A stretch of DNA of 64,000 bases from Ignavibacteriota bacterium (GTDB lineage: Bacteria > Bacteroidota > Ignavibacteria > Palsa-1295): the NCBI GenBank assembly GCA_963787835.1, contig CAWBEI010000002.1, positions 1,664,001 through 1,728,000 on the forward strand. Reading direction: 5' to 3'. Positions within the stretch are counted from its first letter, which is position 1. Each line of letters starts with the position of its first letter. This document shows, one piece after another, positions 60,376 through 64,000 of the stretch. The notes under the pieces were generated by a model. That model made no database searches. It was given only the letters and a program-made list of their open reading frames with translations, and was not told the DNA's origin. The position numbers were made by a program, and so were the translations under genes.

Positions 60376-61470
60376 ATGCCTCGACAGATCACCGTTGCTC
60401 TTCTGTATAACGACATTCCTTCCAAGCCGTCGGACGACCGGTCATCCACGTCCGATGCCCCGGTGGACCTGTCGCCGGAAGCGCTTGGCTTTACGCCGTA
60501 TTTCGATCTCGAAGATATTCCCGCCGAGGAGGAATATGCGAAGATCGAGCATGCCCTGACGAAAGCCGGATATAAAGTGGTGAGTTACAATGTGAAAGAC
60601 CGCTTCGAGCGATTGTTCAAATTTCTGGCGCGGAGAAAAATTGATGTTGTCTTCAACCTGATCGAATTTTTTCACGGACGGCCGGAGCAGGAGATGTACG
60701 TTGCCTCCTTTTTTGAATTGCTCGAAATGCCGTACACAGGCGCTCCGCCGATGACGCTCGCGCTCTGCCAGAACAAGCCGATGGCCAAGTCGGTACTTCG
60801 TTCCTTCGATCTGCCAACGCCACGCTCGATGACGGTACGAACCATGGTCGATTTTAAGACGCGGCACAATCTACACTATCCGCTCATCGTAAAACCTGCC
60901 TGCGAGGATGGTTCCGGCGGGATCGAAAACGCAAGCATCGTTCGGACGCTTAAAGATCTACGCGCGCGCGTGGAATTTGTGCTGGCCGATTTCAAGATGG
61001 ATGCATTGGTCGAGGAATATATCGAAGGCCGGGAGCTGAACGTTGCCGTGCTCGGCAATGGTGAAAAACGGCGCGCGCTGCCGATCTCCGAGATCACGTT
61101 CGAGGATATGCCGGAGCATTTGTACAAGATCGTCAGCTTTCAGGCGAAATGGGATCCTTTGCATGAAGCGTACCATACCACCATTCCCTCCTGTCCTGCG
61201 GATCTGCCGGCGGCGAAAACAGAAGAGGCAAAGCAGCTTGCGCTGCGTGCTACCGAAGCATTGGGAACCAGGGATTATGCCAGGGTCGATATGCGCATGA
61301 GTGCCGAAGGTGAACTCTTCATTCTTGAGGTGAATCCGAACCCCAATCTCTCGGAAGGAACGGGTATTGCTCGTAGTGCTCAGGCCGCCCGCATCTCATT
61401 CGAGGGCCTGCTCGAGAATATCGTCGAAAGCGCGATGGAGCGCGCTAAAGTCAGGGCAGAGGAAGAATAG
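60376..61470 (+). CDS. D-Ala-D-Ala ligase-like ATP-grasp protein
   Basis: VVFNL.E, PYTG, YPLIVKP..EDGS.GI, VEEYIEGRE, DYARVDMR, LEVNPNP. Confidence 0.85.
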   Translation: MPRQITVALLYNDIPSKPSDDRSSTSDAPVDLSPEALGFTPYFDLEDIPAEEEYAKIEHALTKAGYKVVSYNVKDRFERLFKFLARRKIDVVFNLIEFFHGRPEQEMYVASFFELLEMPYTGAPPMTLALCQNKPMAKSVLRSFDLPTPRSMTVRTMVDFKTRHNLHYPLIVKPACEDGSGGIENASIVRTLKDLRARVEFVLADFKMDALVEEYIEGRELNVAVLGNGEKRRALPISEITFEDMPEHLYKIVSFQAKWDPLHEAYHTTIPSCPADLPAAKTEEAKQLALRATEALGTRDYARVDMRMSAEGELFILEVNPNPNLSEGTGIARSAQAARISFEGLLENIVESAMERAKVRAEEE

Positions 61471-61499
61471 AAGACAGAGCTTGATTTCGGCTGTTTTTT

Positions 61500-62837
61500 T
61501 TACTTCAAATAGTATCTCAGAGGATTAGGCCGGATCTGGCATTCTTCAGCGATACGGATCGAGCCGGCGATTCTACCTTCGTCCCTGAGCCGATAAAGAT
61601 TTGTCACCACCCTGTCACGCAGAGCGAGCGGTGCAATGGGATTGATATAGATCGAAGTTCCCCCCTCGAATCCAGCCGCTGTATTGACCCTCCATTTAAT
61701 GAGAATGTGCCACGGCATGTGATACACGGCATCGATCGGCGAATAATACCACTCTTCGTTCGAAGAGATCTGGGAACCGCTTGCCGCGTGGCAGGCATGA
61801 ACCAGGTCGCTCATTCCGCGGATCTCCTCATTCGACTGCTGATAGGGCCTCGAAAAATTGCTTTTCGAATAAATTTCGATGGTGGGATGCCGGTGCCCAA
61901 TGCCGGCATACGCGATCGCGTGGTCGTTTTCGGCGAAGATCAGGTTTTGCATGCCCGCAAGATTCGCTCCGAGTTCATTGTAGATATTCGGGTCCTGGCG
62001 GAGCATATCCACCTGATGCCGGATGGATGCGCCCCAGTCGTCAATACCAACAAGCTGCTTATGGAGATGATCGAAGCTCGCTCCGGCGGCGAGCAACCAA
62101 TTCTGAAAGACGGAGATATACCGAATGTAACGGTTCGATGCAAAAATGTCGCTCATTGCATCGATGGTGAACCGGATATATTGAACATGTTCCTCCGGCG
62201 TCATATCCGCACAGGAAAAAAGTTCACTTGCGTCCGTCGCGTGTTGCCGGAAGTGAGGGGAAGCAATAATTAGCTCGTGGCTTCCGCCGAAAAATGCGTC
62301 CGACATCGTAAGCAGTTCCTCTTTGGGAATCCCTTTGAGGTGTTCTTCGGACACACCAGACGTGCGAAGTTTATACCGGAGCACATCCAGCACATGACGC
62401 ATGCCAACCTTATCGGAAAGATACATTTCCTTCCACGCCAGATTTTCGGGCGATAGATAATAACTATAATTCTTCTTCCAATAATCGACCGTCACGATCT
62501 CGAAGAGATTGGGGACGCGCCGGAATAGCCACGGCGCATGATTGCTCATGCCATGTTCCAACTCGCTGGGATGCAAGCGATCGATCCGCTGAAACGTCCC
62601 ATCCGGGTGACGCAGCAGCCGCGATTTTTCGGGCGGTGTCTCGAAGAGCCGGTCAGGACAAAAGGCGCAGAAGGTGGTAGCATCGCCATCCTTCAATGGG
62701 CGTGGGGTTCGGGTATGGCCGTTAGCTTCGGGCTTCCCGGCGCGGCCGGGTACGCTCCAGACTTCGTTGTCGGTAAAGGGGTTGATCTGCTTGATGGTGC
62801 CATCGGCCATCAGCGTATAGTATTTTGAGTACTGCAT
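61500..62837 (-). CDS. DUF4921 family / GalT-like HIT-superfamily nucleotidyltransferase
   Basis: MADGTIKQINPFT..EVWSVPGR, CAFCP, RRVPNLFEI, FQNW...AGASFDHLHKQ (HxHxQ), AGFEGGT.IYIN. Confidence 0.8.
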   Translation of the reverse strand: MQYSKYYTLMADGTIKQINPFTDNEVWSVPGRAGKPEANGHTRTPRPLKDGDATTFCAFCPDRLFETPPEKSRLLRHPDGTFQRIDRLHPSELEHGMSNHAPWLFRRVPNLFEIVTVDYWKKNYSYYLSPENLAWKEMYLSDKVGMRHVLDVLRYKLRTSGVSEEHLKGIPKEELLTMSDAFFGGSHELIIASPHFRQHATDASELFSCADMTPEEHVQYIRFTIDAMSDIFASNRYIRYISVFQNWLLAAGASFDHLHKQLVGIDDWGASIRHQVDMLRQDPNIYNELGANLAGMQNLIFAENDHAIAYAGIGHRHPTIEIYSKSNFSRPYQQSNEEIRGMSDLVHACHAASGSQISSNEEWYYSPIDAVYHMPWHILIKWRVNTAAGFEGGTSIYINPIAPLALRDRVVTNLYRLRDEGRIAGSIRIAEECQIRPNPLRYYLK

Positions 62838-63032
62838 TATAACCGCATGAAATTCACTTCGGGATCGGAAGCCGCAAACTAAAGTTTGCGCTCCCTTCGT
62901 TTTTCATTCGCAACTGCGTGGGATTTTTGCCTGAAGGGCCATCTGGGATGTAAAGGCCATGTGGGGATGAGCGTAACGAAAAAATGGGACTTCCTGCTCC
63001 ACATTATTGCTATTTTTCCAAGAAAGATATTT

Positions 63033-63437
63033 ATGAGACGAAATAACGGCAGCTTTTCTAACGAAGAAGAATATTCATCACGCCGCGGCCGGCGCGGTTC
63101 TTCGAAACTGGTTCCATTTACGCTGGGCGCCATTGTCGGTGGAGTTATCGGCGCTACGATAGCCCTGCTATACGCTCCAACGGAGGGTTCCGATCTGCGG
63201 CAGGGCGTGAAGAATACGCTGGAGGATCTTACCGAAGGGGCAAAAGATATTATTCGTGGAGCAAAGTCCACTGCTGAGAAAATCATGAATGAGGTGCTCG
63301 ATTCCGAGGAGGAGGCCGAGGAAGAGCCTTCCCATGGGAAACGTACCCGCGAGCGAGTAGATGGTATCCTCGAAGATGCCGACCGCGCTATCGCCGAAGC
63401 CCGCAGGCGATCCCAATCTCGCGAGGACGAAGATTAG
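63033..63437 (+). CDS. YtxH domain-containing protein
   Basis: FTLGAIVGGVIGATIALLYAP..G.DLR; ATG 63033 preferred. Confidence 0.85.
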   Translation: MRRNNGSFSNEEEYSSRRGRRGSSKLVPFTLGAIVGGVIGATIALLYAPTEGSDLRQGVKNTLEDLTEGAKDIIRGAKSTAEKIMNEVLDSEEEAEEEPSHGKRTRERVDGILEDADRAIAEARRRSQSREDED

Positions 63438-63439
63438 AT

Positions 63440-63553
63440 TGCTCCCCCTCCTATGGAGCGCAGCGGAAAAGGAGGGGGCTGGGGGGTGGTCAGGTGGAGG
63501 AACCACAACCTTGCATTTCCGGAAACCGCCGCCCTCTTATCAGAGGTGGGGAG
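63440..63553. repeat. GC-rich intergenic palindromic element (CCCCCTCC...GGAGGGGG type)
   Basis: CCCCCTCCT...AGGAGGGGG hairpin followed by GGGGTGG and a CCTCT/AGAGG stem. Confidence 0.5.
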
Positions 63554-63600
63554 TTCTTTCCGTGTAAACGCAACCGCCCGTTCCCTCGTTTGACCTGATT

Positions 63601-64000
63601 ATGGAAGCAATACTTTACATTACGGGCGGAATTGCGCTATTGGCGCTGGCATGGTTGTTCATCTCACTGGCTCGCACGGTAAGCGGCGTTAAATCCATGC
63701 TGGAGGAAGTACAAGGCGATCTTCACACGGCCGTAACGGCCGTCGATGAGATCAAGGCGAGCATGGTTCCCATTCTTGGGAACGTAACGAATATTACGAG
63801 CAATGTCTCGACCATTACGTCGAACGTGAGCAACATAACGACAGGCGTGCAGAACCAGATGATCGGCGTACACGAGACGATCGACGATGCGCTGGACGTC
63901 ATCCGCGGCTCGCTGGACGATCTGGAGCGGCTGAAGAACAATATCGTTAACACCGTCGAAGGACCGGTCTCGCTGTTGCGCGACACCGCCGGAGGAGCGC
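63601..64000 (+). CDS. DUF948/YoxC-like membrane-anchored coiled-coil protein, truncated by the window end
   Basis: My translation: MEAILYITGGIALLALAWLFISLARTVSGVKSMLEEVQ...NITSNVSTITSNVSNIT...; these genes are commonly adjacent to YtxH. Confidence 0.7.
   Translation, partial: MEAILYITGGIALLALAWLFISLARTVSGVKSMLEEVQGDLHTAVTAVDEIKASMVPILGNVTNITSNVSTITSNVSNITTGVQNQMIGVHETIDDALDVIRGSLDDLERLKNNIVNTVEGPVSLLRDTAGGA

Overview
A 64-kb chromosomal segment from an FCB-group bacterium (Bacteroidota / Ignavibacteria / Kapabacteria-like; inferred from sprA and several T9SS C-terminal-domain cargo proteins). It is mostly housekeeping and envelope genes: tandem skp/ompH, mlaEFD, a two-component pair, ispE, mnmA, greA, hslVU, tpiA, rpsG/rpsL, sprA, a KirBac channel, riboflavin synthase, a Ddl-like ATP-grasp, tRNA-Glu(TTC) and tRNA-Leu(CAA). 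It also carries a PIN-type TA pair, a small AT-richer island and many palindromic or periodic intergenic repeats. The top candidate for an undescribed system is a ~450-nt, heavily base-paired non-coding RNA (2130-2580). Its motifs resemble the OLE RNA of Bacillota, by my recollection of the consensus, but it lies outside that phylum and has no oapA. It is followed instead by a FAD oxidoreductase with a ~300-aa RGG/Q/Y-rich disordered tail. Second is a duplicated promoter + leader + 43/49-aa small-ORF unit (18416-18680 + and 32377-32687 -), each copy paired with a GTAG-REP doublet. Also notable are a GldM-like membrane protein with two paralogous outer-membrane proteins, a probable frameshift in the sensor kinase, and rpsL-rpsG separated from fusA. 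All family calls come from reading the sequence by eye; no searches were run.
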